A stretch of 64,000 nucleotides of DNA from Podarcis filfolensis. Lineage: Eukaryota. Below are positions 37,816 to 50,097 of the stretch, piece after piece. A program made the position numbers and the translations under genes. The stretch lies in the NCBI GenBank assembly GCA_964270895.1, contig OZ185435.1; one strand, 5' to 3'. Every line of letters begins with the position of its first letter. The first letter of the stretch is position 1. The notes under the pieces were generated by a model. The model saw only the letters and a list, made by a program, of their open reading frames with translations, ran no database searches and was not told the origin of the DNA.

Positions 37816-40800
37816 CCAGCCACCTGTGTTCCTATGTGACATAGCCTGCCTGGACCTATAAAGGTTGTGTGTGCCTTTACTTGGGTGTGGACAAGCCATA
37901 TCCTCATGGAATGCGGTGAGAAGGAGCCAGGAGGGAGCCATCGGACCTTTGCTGTAAGTCTGTATCCTTCTGTATGCCTTCTGCAGGGCACTTAACATGA
38001 CTTGTGTAAGAAGTCAGCATATCTAGACTGAAAGGAGGAGGTACTGTGAGTCATTGCATAGAGCTGACAGGGAGGCCTTATTCTCTTCTGTTGAATCTAG
38101 ATGGGCTAGCTGTTTCAACCACCCATCAAACCCTCCATCCAGGCAGGACATTTTAATTCCTCCCCAGGCACCGGTGTTTTTCTCCAGATCAAAGCCGCGT
38201 CAGAGAGATCAATAGACATGCAGTGAAGAGTCTGCTTTGGAAAGCCCCAGGGCCCAATTCCCCTATGCAATATTGCAGAGGGAAGGTGGGGGGTGAGGAT
38301 GAGAAAATGCCTTCTCTAAGGCTAGCTAAGAGTTCAGGACAGAAACAGGACTGGAGCCAGGGACTTCTCGACTTGTACAGCTCAGCCACTGTTCTATACT
38401 TGCTGAAACACTCAGGAATCAGCAGAACAAAAATGCTATGCATTTTCATGGTGGTCCCCCCCCCCCCCGTTAATACACACCCTCAAGCCTAGATAGACTG
38501 ATGTAAGATCTCAATGCTGGCTGTTATCTTGTGGACTTTTCCTTCTGACCTCTGGCTGGAGGAATGGTATAGTGCCCTGGATTGGCATGTAAACTGTGTG
38601 AGTCAGGAAGTCTTTGGTTCAGATTTCCTTTCTGTCTTGAATTCCCTAGGCTCAGCCAAGCCACTTTTCTCTTGGCCTCATGACACACTGGAATATCTTT
38701 CTATCTATCTCTGACATTTGTATCCTTCTTTTCCTAGAACAGGCTCGCAGCAGTCATCACCTTGTCATCATCTCATGCCAGCGTAGTAAGCTAGGGGAAA
38801 AGATGGCGGCCAGCCCAACATCACCAAGTAAGCTTCATGATGAAGAACAGATTTCAGCATGGGTCTCTCCATTCTGAATCCAGCACGCTGTCTGGTGCAT
38901 CACATTGACTCAATATGAAGATAAGAAGGTTGGCCTGTTTTATGTGGCTATTGTAAGATAATAGTTTGAATACTTGGGGCACCGTGCACCCCCAGGCAGA
39001 CACAGCACCGCTAATAGAGGAATCTGCACAGTAGACATGACCAACTCCCATATTTCTGCCTATAGGCACTTGGGGATGGTATGTCGGGAAGGACCATGCT
39101 CTGCAACTGTGCTATATGGACACTGAGTATCATTAACACGATTCTGTGGAGGAATGTTCAGTGTGCAAATGACCATTGAATGTACACAGAGCAGTGATAT
39201 TTAGGAAACGACAGCTAAAAAAAATAAAGCAATCAGAACTGCACAGATTGCTGATGCATAATATCCACATACCACCAGCATTTAGAATATGAACAATTAC
39301 TCCCCATCCCACCCCCTGAAAAAAAACAAAAAAACCCAAGGCAAGCACTAAGAGGAAACTATTAAACACTTTAACAGGAATCCAATACATTTGGCTATCT
39401 CTAACAGAAAAAATGTTCTTCCCAGAGGAATGTATGTGGAAAAGGTTATACCAAAATGGAAAACTCACTGGGGTTTTTCAAGGAAGATTCATGAGCAAGA
39501 AACTAGCTTTCTGATCACAGATCATTCTTGCAAAAGTCATTTGCGTTCTACATTTTTCACACGTATTCTGCAGACATTCCTCCTTGGAGGCAAGAGAACG
39601 TGTTACACTGGAAATGGTCCTGGATTTTCTGTCCGACAAGTTTTAATTCCCAAATGCTAGTCAAGCACATCACACAGGTGGACGTAAATGTTTCAGGATC
39701 ATTAAGCTCTGCTAATTTTTCCTAATGAATTACAATTACAGAATCACCTGTGCTAAATCCTTTTTGTGCTGATCCACCATGAAGATTTATTAGACCTTAA
39801 CATTTTTCATTGTTTAGTTTTGACAAAACTACTTCGTGCCTGAAGGTGATCTGGCACCTGTGCTGTTGGACTTTAGTTTTAATGCATTCACCGCATGAAC
39901 AAAACCATTTTTTGTTGCAATTACAGAATCCACATGCACAAGTTTTGCTTTTACCTCTACTTCCAGAGGAGAAATAACATGGAACATATACTGGATGAGA
40001 CAACCTCCAAGATGATGTCCTATTGGCCATTTGTTCATGTGTCATAGTGAATATGCAACTATTTTATGCTCCATTACCTTAATATCTTTAAGCCTAACCT
40101 AGTACCACTCTCTGCCTTAGGACTATCTTCTGACAAGTGTTGCCTTCAGGCAGAACTCATCTGAAACATATTGTATGATCTAACAAAACTCCAGGAGTGT
40201 TTCCTCAGCTAGTACATATTTTTGGCTTCCAAAACTGACCTAATATATTAACATGTTCCTTGATTTTAAGTTTCCGGCTTCTCTCAGGATACAAGGTGTC
40301 TGAGACCACTAATAAACAGAGTGTTCAGTACAAGCTCATATAAATCCCTTCCTTTGGCTTTTTCCAGCTGTCAAGATATTTCAGTCTGTGAAACAGAATA
40401 GATTTCTGGCTATGATACATAGTCTATGCATACATTCTTTTTGAAGATCTCAAGGTTTTTATCAGATATTTTATCAGATACTAAATGTTATTTTTCTCTT
40501 TCAAAAAATAAATAAAAAATCTACTATTTTAAGATGCCAATAAATAATCATGGATGAGGAGAAGATCTAACCTTAGACACATAAAAAGAAGTTGGAGACT
40601 TCATTCAACTTGTGCTGGTAAAGCACACCGGGATAGAGGTTTGTAGCAATCCAATGCTGAGTAAAAAAAATAAAAATAAAAGGAATGATTTTATTTATTC
40701 CTTCGTTGCACAAACATTTTGACTGCTAAGTAACACAACACCCAATCGGTGTGCAGACAAGAATGAATACATTATATAAACAATGTAATAACAAAAAACT

Positions 40801-42030
40801 TTTTTTTTTTTTAAACATTCACAATACCAGTTGTGGATAAAGTAGCAGCACAACAAAAGTAGAAAGCCTGAGTGAAGAAAAAGGTTTCCAGCATATTCCA
40901 AAAGCCGAATCATATGGTGAACAAAAATACTTTTTAAAAAGTATATTTATAATAAAGTTCTTTAGTAGTTCATGGGTAGGTAGAACCAGGAAATGGAAAA
41001 ACAAACTTACCACTCAAATAATTAGTTGTGTGCTACAAATCACCTTGAGTAATCCTGCCCATCTCTGTGTTATTTCCTCTCTTCTCTCTATAGAATTTTT
41101 TGAGAAGCCTCTTCTGTTATAAATTTCACCTTGCCAACGAAGGTTCATTGCAGAAACCCCTATCTTTTTCACTCTTGGCTAGCCAGTTTCATTTTCTTTC
41201 ATTTTTAATAAAATGAAACTTTATAGCTTGCTTCAGCCTGGTGTGCCATCTTGAAGAAGAATCCCCTCCCCAACCTTTGAGCATCAGCTATAATGGCAGT
41301 AGAAAAAAGGAGAGCTCTAGTGGTGTTACAGTAGTCTTTTTTGTGGGGGGATTATATGATGCATAATTAGTCTTTACTAGGTGTTCATTGGATTTAGCTG
41401 AAGCCCAGATTCTGAGCCAAAGTGGGCTGCTTCAGAGAGATTTGGTATGCTATAACCGGTTGTATATGTTGGCTACAATGGACCAAGGGGAGCAAGTCTT
41501 AGTATAATTTGTCATACTGGTCATGCCAACTCAAGAGCTAGAAGGTTTTCTGTTGTTTCTGACAGAATTGGATGATACTTCAGATACAGCAGCCCCTTCT
41601 GAGTGGATAACACTTGGTTAGAGGCTGCCCCCTTTCAAGTTGTAGCTATATTTTAATTTTTTTATAATAGTGAATGGGAGAGGCACAAATCTTCATTTTT
41701 TCCAAATCAGAATTCATCTTCAGACCCCGAGCCAACTGGATAGCCTCCAAACCAGTTTGGATCAAATCAGGATGTTTTCTGAAGTGTTGCATCAGGATCA
41801 AAACCAAATCTTGTGATCTGTAAACACCCGCAATAACTAGCACAAACAACACTAGTGCTAATATAGTTCTGACATGTGTTTGCAAAGATAATCTTTTATT
41901 TTGTCCTGTTGACATCTGGAAGCATGCTCAAAAATAATTCTGAGGTTACTTTTTCCAAGACAATAAAGTCCCTTGATTAAGTTATTCATATGAAATAGTG
42001 CAGCCAAATTTCTAGTTGGTCTTTTGAGTG

Positions 42031-42168
42031 CAGGGGTAATTCGTATGGTTTCCTCCAGATATTGCTGAACTACAACTCCCATAATCCCTGACAATCAGCC
42101 ATGCTGGCTGGGAGTAATGGGATTTATAGTCCAGCAACACCTGGAGGGAGCCCTGTTGGCTTCTCCTG
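42031..42168. mobile_element. Palindromic hAT-like MITE
   Basis: caggggt...cctccagatattgctgaactacaactcccataatccc / gggagtaatgggatttatagtccagcaacacctggaggg...tcctg. Confidence 0.7.
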
Positions 42169-43048
42169 TTTTAGGTGCTTCTCTAATATAGCTTCCATTG
42201 CCATGCTTTCCAAGATAGAAAGACAGGAAAAGAGAAAAGTAAGAAGAAACATGGAAACAGGCAGGGACTGTAAATAATAATAATAACAATACTGTATGAA
42301 GTTTGTGTTTCAATCCTGTGTAGTTGGGAAAGCTACCAGCATAAGGCCATGGACAAAATCCTGAACTTCAACAATGCAATGAAACCTGCTAATCAGATTC
42401 CCAGCCCCACTTCCTCTTTCAATTTAGTGTTATCTTCAGGCCAAGGAAGATTTTTTTGCCAGTCATTTAAGAAGGTCACAACCAGCCCAGACATCTTAAG
42501 GTCTTGGATGAGTTTACAGCTGTTGCATATGCTGATAGGATTTAGTTTCATCACACCCTCTCCAGCACTTAGTTGGGATTTTATTATCCATAAACAGGGA
42601 TTTACATTTGGCACAGGCCTCATGGCCCTCACCATAGTGTATTTCTTTTAAAGGTAGTCCCATTAACTTCTACTTCTCTTCCTATCTTTCTAAGGAATGC
42701 ATGTGAGATGTTTTCTATAAATCATTTCCCCCCCGTTGCTCACAGAATTACATGCAAGTGATTTAAGTACTTACTGGTCCCCTGATCTCATGTTACATTC
42801 CTTTCAGATTATGTTGTAAACTCTTCATAGTTCAGGAGATGCACTTCCCAGATTATTGTACGGTGCCTGTTACAAGGGACTTTTGAACTTAAAAAATGAG
42901 TCTTATAATTAATCCCCCAAACAATAATTTAGCTCTGTGGTTTCTCTACCAGCTGCTTGGTTCCCCTGTAGTTCCACAAGAGATCACAATGTACTACTCA
43001 AGAAAATCCTTATGTCCTATTTCTGAGTTGTTTGTGGCCACAAACACA

Positions 43049-43099
43049 AGTCGGATGGGCAGGGTATAAATAATAAAAAATATTATTAATAATATTATT
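43049..43099 (+). mobile_element. L2 LINE 3' terminal remnant
   Basis: agtcggatgggcagggtataaataataaa...(TAT/TAA)n; same terminus as 60111-60154 and the reverse of 53290-53330. Confidence 0.6.
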
Positions 43100-43192
43100 C
43101 CTCCATTGTCTCCCAAAACAGATGGATGGCAACCAACATATAATCTGTCCAGGGACCCTCAGGTGAAGGGTGGGTTATGAATGGTGATAATA

Positions 43193-43223
43193 AATGAATG
43201 AATGAATGAATGAATGAATGAAT
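43193..43223 (+). repeat. (AATG)n microsatellite
   Basis: About 7.75 perfect units. Confidence 0.95.
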
Positions 43224-43561
43224 CCCTTTTAAATCACCTTAGGTGGTTTGCAGGTATAGGGTGGTTGGCAGAAAATTATCCTGAAATTTGGCAAGATTCA
43301 TCACCACACAAGGGGCAACCAAACACTGTACAAGCTGCCACGAAATGGTGTCTGTGTGCTTTGGCTTCAACCGTATATGGAACTCAAGTGTTTTTTCTGT
43401 TGCTTCATATAGATTTACAATTCACTGGCATGCCACGCAATTCTACAGTGTGGTTGATGTTTAACTACATGATATACCCAGTTGCAAATGACAATTGTTA
43501 CACTTACAATGGATAAAACTCTTCTTGCTATATAGTTTCTTCACACCCATATGTATTTTCC

Positions 43562-43628
43562 AATATCAATATTAAATGAATATTAAATATCAATATTAAA
43601 TGAATATTAAATATCAATATTAAATGAA
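43562..43628 (+). repeat. 24-bp minisatellite, 2.8 perfect copies
   Basis: Unit AATATCAATATTAAATGAATATTA starting at 43562, 43586 and 43610. Confidence 0.95.
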
Positions 43629-44689
43629 GGCATGTCTATCCATAGAAAGAATAAACCCCTCTAGTGAACGAGGCAGAACTGAATGTCTTCCTCTGTTGCA
43701 CCCTTTTCTTTCTTTCTAAATCTGTACTGCACACAACAAACCTCATGTCTTATAAACTGCAATACAAATCGTTATGGGTAGCTAGTCTCCCAAACCATCC
43801 ATCTTAATTCTTTCTGCCACAAAAACTAGGATCTACTTCTAACAAAAAAGGGGGGGGGGGAGATAGAAACCGAATTCCTTAAGCACAGCTGCAATGCAGG
43901 AAAACAACAACACACAACTGCTTTGAAACTGACGAGAAATATCTGGCAACTGTTGGGTATGCCATTGTTAGGTTACATTTTGGTTTTTCCCAGATAAGAA
44001 GCAAGATGTCTCCCCCTCTTTTTTTTTTTTTTAAAAAAGAATTGTTTGGCTTGAACTAGAAGAGTAATGGCAGGCAAACCGTCTTAAATGTCTTTTTAAT
44101 TAAAATTTTGGCCAGGAAAGTTCTTTGCATTTGGTTTGATATGATTCACTAGGTCATGTTATTTATTATTTGTGAGTAACTGAACAACAGCTGAGGACTT
44201 TGGGGGTGGGCATGCAAATGTGCAAAGTTTTAGAAGTTTTTGTGTATATATGTATATGTACTGAAGCGTTTTTTTTTTGTTTTTTTTTACTGTTAGTCAT
44301 TCTCATTTGCAAACAGGCAGGAGAATTAAGTGAATGGCAATGGTAACCTGCCATGAATGTACAAGAAAGTCAATATGAGCAGCTGTCTACTCAAAAGAGC
44401 CTGAGTAATTTGCTCAAAATATTTTGTAAATACTCAAGAATACAAATTACATTTGTAAAATGAGAATCGGATTGCCAGCTAGTAGGAAGAATAGAACATT
44501 TGCTGTTCAAAAATCATCCTGTACCAAGCAGTCAAAGGCTTCATCTCTTCTTATGTCCCACCAAAATCCCTGCAGTCAGATGAGGCCGGTCCCTTACTGG
44601 TCCCTCCAGCTGTCAAATCCAAATGGTCAGGGCAGAAAGAGAAGTATCCCTTGTGCCTGTTCCCCTGCTTAAAAATTTTTGTTCTCCAA

Positions 44690-44752
44690 AAAAAGCAAGG
44701 ATCTTGTGCCAGCTTAAAGACTAACACATTTATTGTAGCATGAGCTTTTATA
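44690..44752. mobile_element. Probable Penelope-like element terminal fragment
   Basis: aagcaaggatcttgtgccagcttaaagactaacacatttattgtagcatgagctttt resembles a common reptile Penelope-type terminus, from memory. Confidence 0.4.
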
Positions 44753-45420
44753 AGGAAAAGTCAGTTTTATGTATTTATTTGTTAAATTTGAAGCCTGTCT
44801 TCCCACCAAATGGTACTCATAGTGGTGGGCTAACAGCAATAATACAATAAAATACGGTATGCATGATAAAATACAAATATACATATATACATATATATAT
44901 ATCCAACAACAACCATCCAATGTCAATAAAATACAAATTAACCCATAAAAATCTTTCTGGTTGCATGTGAAGCTGACTATCAGAAGGCAACAGCCTCCTG
45001 GCTGTGTCACCAACCTCCCTGCCAGTCTGATATTCTGAGGTGCAAGCAGGGTGCTTTTAAACCTTCCCTTCTTCAACTCACTTCTCCAAAGGAATGTCTT
45101 TCTATCCGTGATCACATATACATTTTAAGCATCTCACATATTCTAATAACTGGAAAGCAGAGATAGGGAGGCAAACCCGCCACCCTCCAAACCCCAGCTT
45201 TTATTTTGGGCTTTCTTCTACTTCTGTAATGGCTCAAAAACTACTGGAAAGGCTTTAACAAGATGGTGATGTAATTGAGATTTCAAAATTAGTGAAGAAA
45301 AACATGTGAGAATATGCTCTTTGATTTCTGATAGTCTAACTACTAGGATTTAAAAGCCTAACCTATCTCCAGCAGAGTGCAAACCTGGGACTGAATATGC
45401 AAGCATGTTTGTACAGTAGC

Positions 45421-45441
45421 TCTATCTGTCTGTCTGTCTAT

Positions 45442-45482
<41 letters not shown>
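45421..45482 (+). repeat. Compound (TCTG)n(TCTA)n microsatellite
   Basis: Read directly from the sequence. Confidence 0.95.
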
Positions 45483-45708
45483 CAGGCAGGTGCATATTTG
45501 TGGCCCATGAATGCAGTGGAAATAACTAGACACTAGAAGCCAGTGTTGGGTAAAATCAGGCCACAAATTTATTGATCAGCCAGTGAGTAAGTAAGGTTGG
45601 CATGGCAGTAGGCCAAGGGTCGATTCCCTTTTCCACTCAGCCCTTGCTGATGGAATGGCCTTCTGCCTGGGGCTGAGAAGCACCCCATTGAAGTTGGCCA
45701 GTGTTAAA

Positions 45709-45797
45709 TCCTGGTGTGGTGCAAACCCTGGTGTGGTGTTAAGGTTTCCACTGGTCAACCACTTAACACCCTGGCGTGGTGTTGAGGTTTCCACTGG
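45709..45797 (+). repeat. 30-bp direct repeat pair plus partial third copy
   Basis: accctggYgtggtgttRaggtttccactgg at 45725-45754 and 45768-45797 (28/30); partial copy at 45709. Confidence 0.85.
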
Positions 45798-46178
45798 GGC
45801 AGAGATTCCAGCCAGGCAGAAGCTCTAAGCCAAGTTTAGGGCATGCCTTGAGCCAATCCTCCCTTATGGGGTCCCCATTTGCTATGCTGATCTTCCCCCA
45901 TGCTATTTCTGCCCAAGTTCAGACAAAATTCTAATGAAGCATTTCACTGAGGGGAAGGGGTGTGTGGACCAGACAAGGGCTGATTGAGTTAGGGGGGGGG
46001 GAGTCATTTCTGGTCTGTCAACCAGCAACCCAAGTAGGTCATTAAGGTTCCAACACCAATATGCTCATGGGGAAAATGGCCCCGGACTCTCCTAAGTGAG
46101 GTATTTTGAAGGCCTTGGCATCCACTCTCTCACAACATGCTACAGAGTGATCCCTATCCCACAGGCCCTCACAAGAGC

Positions 46179-46421
46179 TATTAAGTAGTGGGTGGACATA
46201 GCAGACAACACAGAGATTTCTCCAAGTAGTTTTTTATAAGTAAGCTGGAACTGAACTGAACAGCAAACAGCTCAGCCGGCCTGCTTTTATAGGCAGCCGG
46301 CTGTCAACATGGTAACAACAACAGCCCAGGGCTTCCCGCCTAAATTAACTTACGCGGACCTGAGTGAAAACTATATACACAACACCCCTAGTGGCCAGGG
46401 TGAGAACTTCAATACATAACA
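46179..46421 (-). mobile_element. Solo LTR (243 bp) with 5-bp TSD
   Basis: TSD AGAGC at 46174-46178 and 46422-46426; minus strand starts TGTTATGTATTGAAGTTCTCACCCTGGCC; TATA-like CTATAAAAG; termini homologous to 49477-49770. Confidence 0.85.
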
Positions 46422-46610
46422 AGAGCAGAGCAGGACAATATAACCCCACTTTCCACAGGACTCTCTGAGTCCCCACGCTACCAGGCAAAGTCACCCCACA
46501 TGGAGCAGGAAATACATCACAATCATTTTTAAAAGTGGGGAGGGAGGAAGCTAAAGTAACAGCTTAATGCTCTATAGGGTATTGTGTCCCTAGGTTACCT
46601 TAATAAAATC

Positions 46611-46758
46611 TCTGGGTAGCTCAGTTGGTTAGAGTATGGCACTAATGACACCAAGGTTGCAGGTTCAATCCCTGTATGGGACAGTGCACAGTCCTGCATT
46701 GCACGGGGTTGGGCTAGATGATCCTCAAGACCCCTTCCAACTCTACAATTCTATGATT
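46611..46758 (+). mobile_element. tRNA-Ile-derived SINE with CR1-type 3' tail
   Basis: Head gtagctcagttggttagagtatggcactaatgacaccaaggttgcaggttcaatccctgtatggga resembles tRNA-Ile(AAT); tail ctagatgatcc...ccttccaactctacaattctatgatt. Confidence 0.85.
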
Positions 46759-48552
46759 TAGAATATTATACCAAATAACAAAATGCTACATTTCAACATG
46801 ACAGATGGATAATGGCTGAAATAGCATTCTGACATACCCTGCAGTGTGACCATGTAAGTAAAAACAAAAACAAAGCTTTGCTTACTTTCTTGCACTGGGA
46901 AAACACTAGTCTCATCTGAATTATGAAAAGTGAAAGTTGGTGAGTCTTGCTGAGGTGGAACATTCAAGGAATACTTTAGAAAAGTAGATGCCCTATGTCA
47001 AATACGTGTTCATCAACACATGTCTAACACACTGAACCCTGTTCTCTCCTTTTGGCACATTGCAAGTTGAATGATGTTGCTTGATTTGAAAGGGTTGATG
47101 TGTAGGAACCAGCCCATAGGCTCACAGTGTGGAACCTCTGACCTAGTGGCTGAATGCACATACCAGGTATGTTAGGCATGATTTGAGCCAGAAAGTGGCA
47201 CAGGTGGGAAACCCCCCCCTTCCCCCAATGCCAGGACTTTGCCCTGTAACAAGTGAAGAAAGAAGTCCCACAGCCTGTGACAGTGATACTTACAGACATC
47301 AGTGATACATCAGGGCTTTCCCTGAGACAGAAAGGTTCGATTATATCTAAGGATTGGCTTAGAAGCATTTCAGCTTTCACAAAACGTATTTTTTTTACTT
47401 TCCAGGCTGCAGAACATTTATAAATACGCCCACTGAGCTGTCAGAAACCAAAGGAGCATTATAGAGTGTTTCCAGTGGTCAACAGGGAACAGGATTTCAC
47501 TGTCTTAGAGACAGACTCCTTTTTCACTGTTACTATTTACTGTCTTCTGTTCAACTCCAGCCACAGCAGCTGGAACTGAAGCAACAAGAGAATTTTAACA
47601 GTGGCCTGAGAAATGGGTTGATGCTAAATTGATATTGCTTCTTAATCCAAAGAAAGGATGCTCATTTTTATCTTGCTGGGTGTGTTGCAGGGGTGATCCA
47701 AAATTCTTATTGTTCTAGTCTGAAAATTCACTCTCAGCTGTCACCTCCATGGCTGCAACCCTATGCAGAACCGAGCCCCTCAAATTCCATTGTATATAGC
47801 AGTCCATTCCATGGGCTACAACTAGAAATGCATGTCTCAGTGGGTGCTGTGTGTACATTTGCTGGGGGCTGAAAAATCTAACACCGAAGCCAGGGCTATG
47901 TGAGGTGTGCCATCACAAATATAATCATTTGTATAAAGTAAATTCCCCACTGTAAATCTGGAGGTTCTGTTGGCTGACCAGTTGTATTCTTGCCTTTCTC
48001 GGATGTTTATTGGCATGTATGATCTTTCTTTCATCATCCAGCCTCTTGGTTCTGCAGTCTGAAATGATCAATGTTCTTTTTGATGCATAATTGATTGTTG
48101 CTGTGGGTGGATGCTATCATGTTACCATGAAAGAACGCTTGGATGCATGACATAACACTCTTCCAGTTGCTAAGATCTAGAAGAGAAAGTTCCCGAATCA
48201 ATTTGTTATATGTAGTCTGTGAGAAACCAGAGGTACTGTCAGATAATAATACATAATACATAATCAAGAAGCAGAAAAGGAGTAAGTTTGTCTTTCAAAA
48301 TTATCTTCAGTACTTTTAAAAGCACCTTTGAAAGTTCAGCTTGAAAGAATATAAGAAAGTGGATGAGCCAGCTTGTGTGTTGCCTTGGAAATATTTCCAA
48401 GTTTACATATATATTTTTTTGGAGAAGAAGATTAATTGTGGGAAAAGGCATCAAAATATCTGCTTTCCCCTGGGAAGGAAAGAATAGTCACCGGTGCATA
48501 TGGGCTGAGATCTTAGGTGGAGAAGGAAAGCTTGCTAGGCTGGATCCAGGAC

Positions 48553-48814
48553 TAGGGATTGAGGGAAATTTGTTCATTGCACCTTTTAAAGTGAACCAAT
48601 CTAATTTGCTGGCTCCAGAATTATATGCAGCTATCAATCAGATTGTGCACTTTTCCAGATTTTGCAATACACTTTTCATTCAAAAAATGCACAGGAAAAA
48701 TACTATTTCAGGAATAATGCATTGAAAAGAATGCAAACAACAACAGAAAAGACATACGATTGAGTGCATAGCAAATTGACTTGGAAAGGAAATTACCTGA
48801 TCTGTCCATTCCTA
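48553..48814. mobile_element. Old non-autonomous hAT-like element with TAGGGAT termini
   Basis: tagggattgagggaaatttg ... gatctgtccattccta; TSD not recognisable. Confidence 0.4.
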
Positions 48815-49476
48815 AGTAAGTCACTAGGGCCTCCATAGGCACAATTTCTTGGAAAAAGAAAAGAAAGTAAGCACAGAATTAGGGACCACATGGAGTTATT
48901 CCCCATCCCATCTCTAATAATTCATTATGGAACCAAGACTTCCAGTGGGGCAGAAGTATTTCTGGAACAAACCCAGAGCCTTCTTTGTGTCTCTGATTCT
49001 AAATCTGTTCCATAAATATAGTGAGGCCTCTGTAGCAGAGAGGGCAGTTTTGCCTCTTGATCCCTGCTTTTTAATACCTCAGGGCATGGGAGATGGGGGC
49101 CAGCATAGCACAGGTGGCCTGACATCTATACCCCAGGACTGATCCAGCAAAGGGGAGTGGAACGACCCCCTTGCAGGTTTGGAGACCTTTAGAGGGGAAG
49201 AGGATATGGGTCTGCACTAAACATCTCCGATCCAGTGAGGTGGTGTTTGTGTCTTCTCCTTGTTGTGTCTGAGGCTAAGTTCTGGGATAGGAATGCATTC
49301 CATGCACAAAGCCCTGATACAGCAAAGAGAAGGAAAACAACACCCTCAACCGTTCAGAAACCATTTCTAAATACCGTATTAGGTTAAGGTCTGGTTAACT
49401 ACAATAATAATCCCCCCTTTTGTAATGTCCTTTTTGTTGTTGCTGTTTTGTTCTGTTTTGTTTTCTACATGGGTAC

Positions 49477-49770
49477 TGTTAAGTTGTGGGTGAACATATC
49501 AGACGACACAGCAATTCTTCAAACAGCTCTTCTTTATTCAGATGCCAGAACAGAACTGAACTGAGGAGCTCAGTCAGCCTGCTTATATAGAGCTTCAGAA
49601 CAGCGTAACTGTTGCAACTTTCTAAAACTATCCAATCACTGAACGTCACTTTCGATCCTTCATTTGCATACAAACTATCCAATCACTGAATGTCACTTTC
49701 AATCCTTCATTTGCATAACTATCTACAGTATCCCCCTGCTGGCCCAGGGTGAGAACTTCAGTACATAACA
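49477..49770 (-). mobile_element. Solo LTR (294 bp) with 5-bp TSD and internal 47-bp duplication
   Basis: TSD GGTAC at 49472-49476 and 49771-49775; TGTTA...TAACA inverted termini; minus-strand CTATATAAG TATA followed by AATAAA about 50 bp downstream. Confidence 0.92.
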
Positions 49771-50097
49771 GGTACTGTTTTTTGTTTCCTCTTCTTTTCT
49801 TTGTGTCCCATCTTACTCTGTGTAGTTGTAAGTTTGCACTTTTTATTTTTTCAATACAAAATACAAAATTAAAAAACAACAGTTCAGAAACCGACATAGA
49901 CCAATATAGACAGTCCAGATTACCGTAAATGACCTTCAGATACAAGAGGGAAAGAAACAAAATAGCCAGCATAAAATTGCATGTGGAAGGCCACAAAGGG
50001 AATACTTGTATGATTCTGGTTACCACAGCAGAGCTGGATAATCTATAAGAGATTGCTACCAAACTCTTCACAGGGTTTGAGGGGGCACCTTCCTTAC

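Noticed and set aside
45709-45797. CRISPR-like repeat-spacer-repeat
   Set aside because: Only two full units, a 13-bp spacer, no cas genes and a vertebrate genome.
46611-46685. tRNA-Ile gene (likewise the tRNA-Ala-like heads at 21820, 22014 and 28445)
   Set aside because: The stems carry many CpG-decay substitutions and the heads continue into SINE bodies and tails, so these are SINE heads rather than tRNA genes.
47206-47215. NF-kB site GGGAAACCCC; also isolated TCAAGGTCA (27024) and AGATCAAAG (38186)
   Set aside because: Single short motifs are expected by chance in 64 kb and have no supporting context.
46179-49770. A single provirus or LTR retrotransposon bounded by the two LTR-like sequences
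   Set aside because: Each LTR has its own different 5-bp TSD, their U3 regions differ, no PBS/PPT or gag/pol is evident, and the interval holds ordinary genomic DNA and a SINE.
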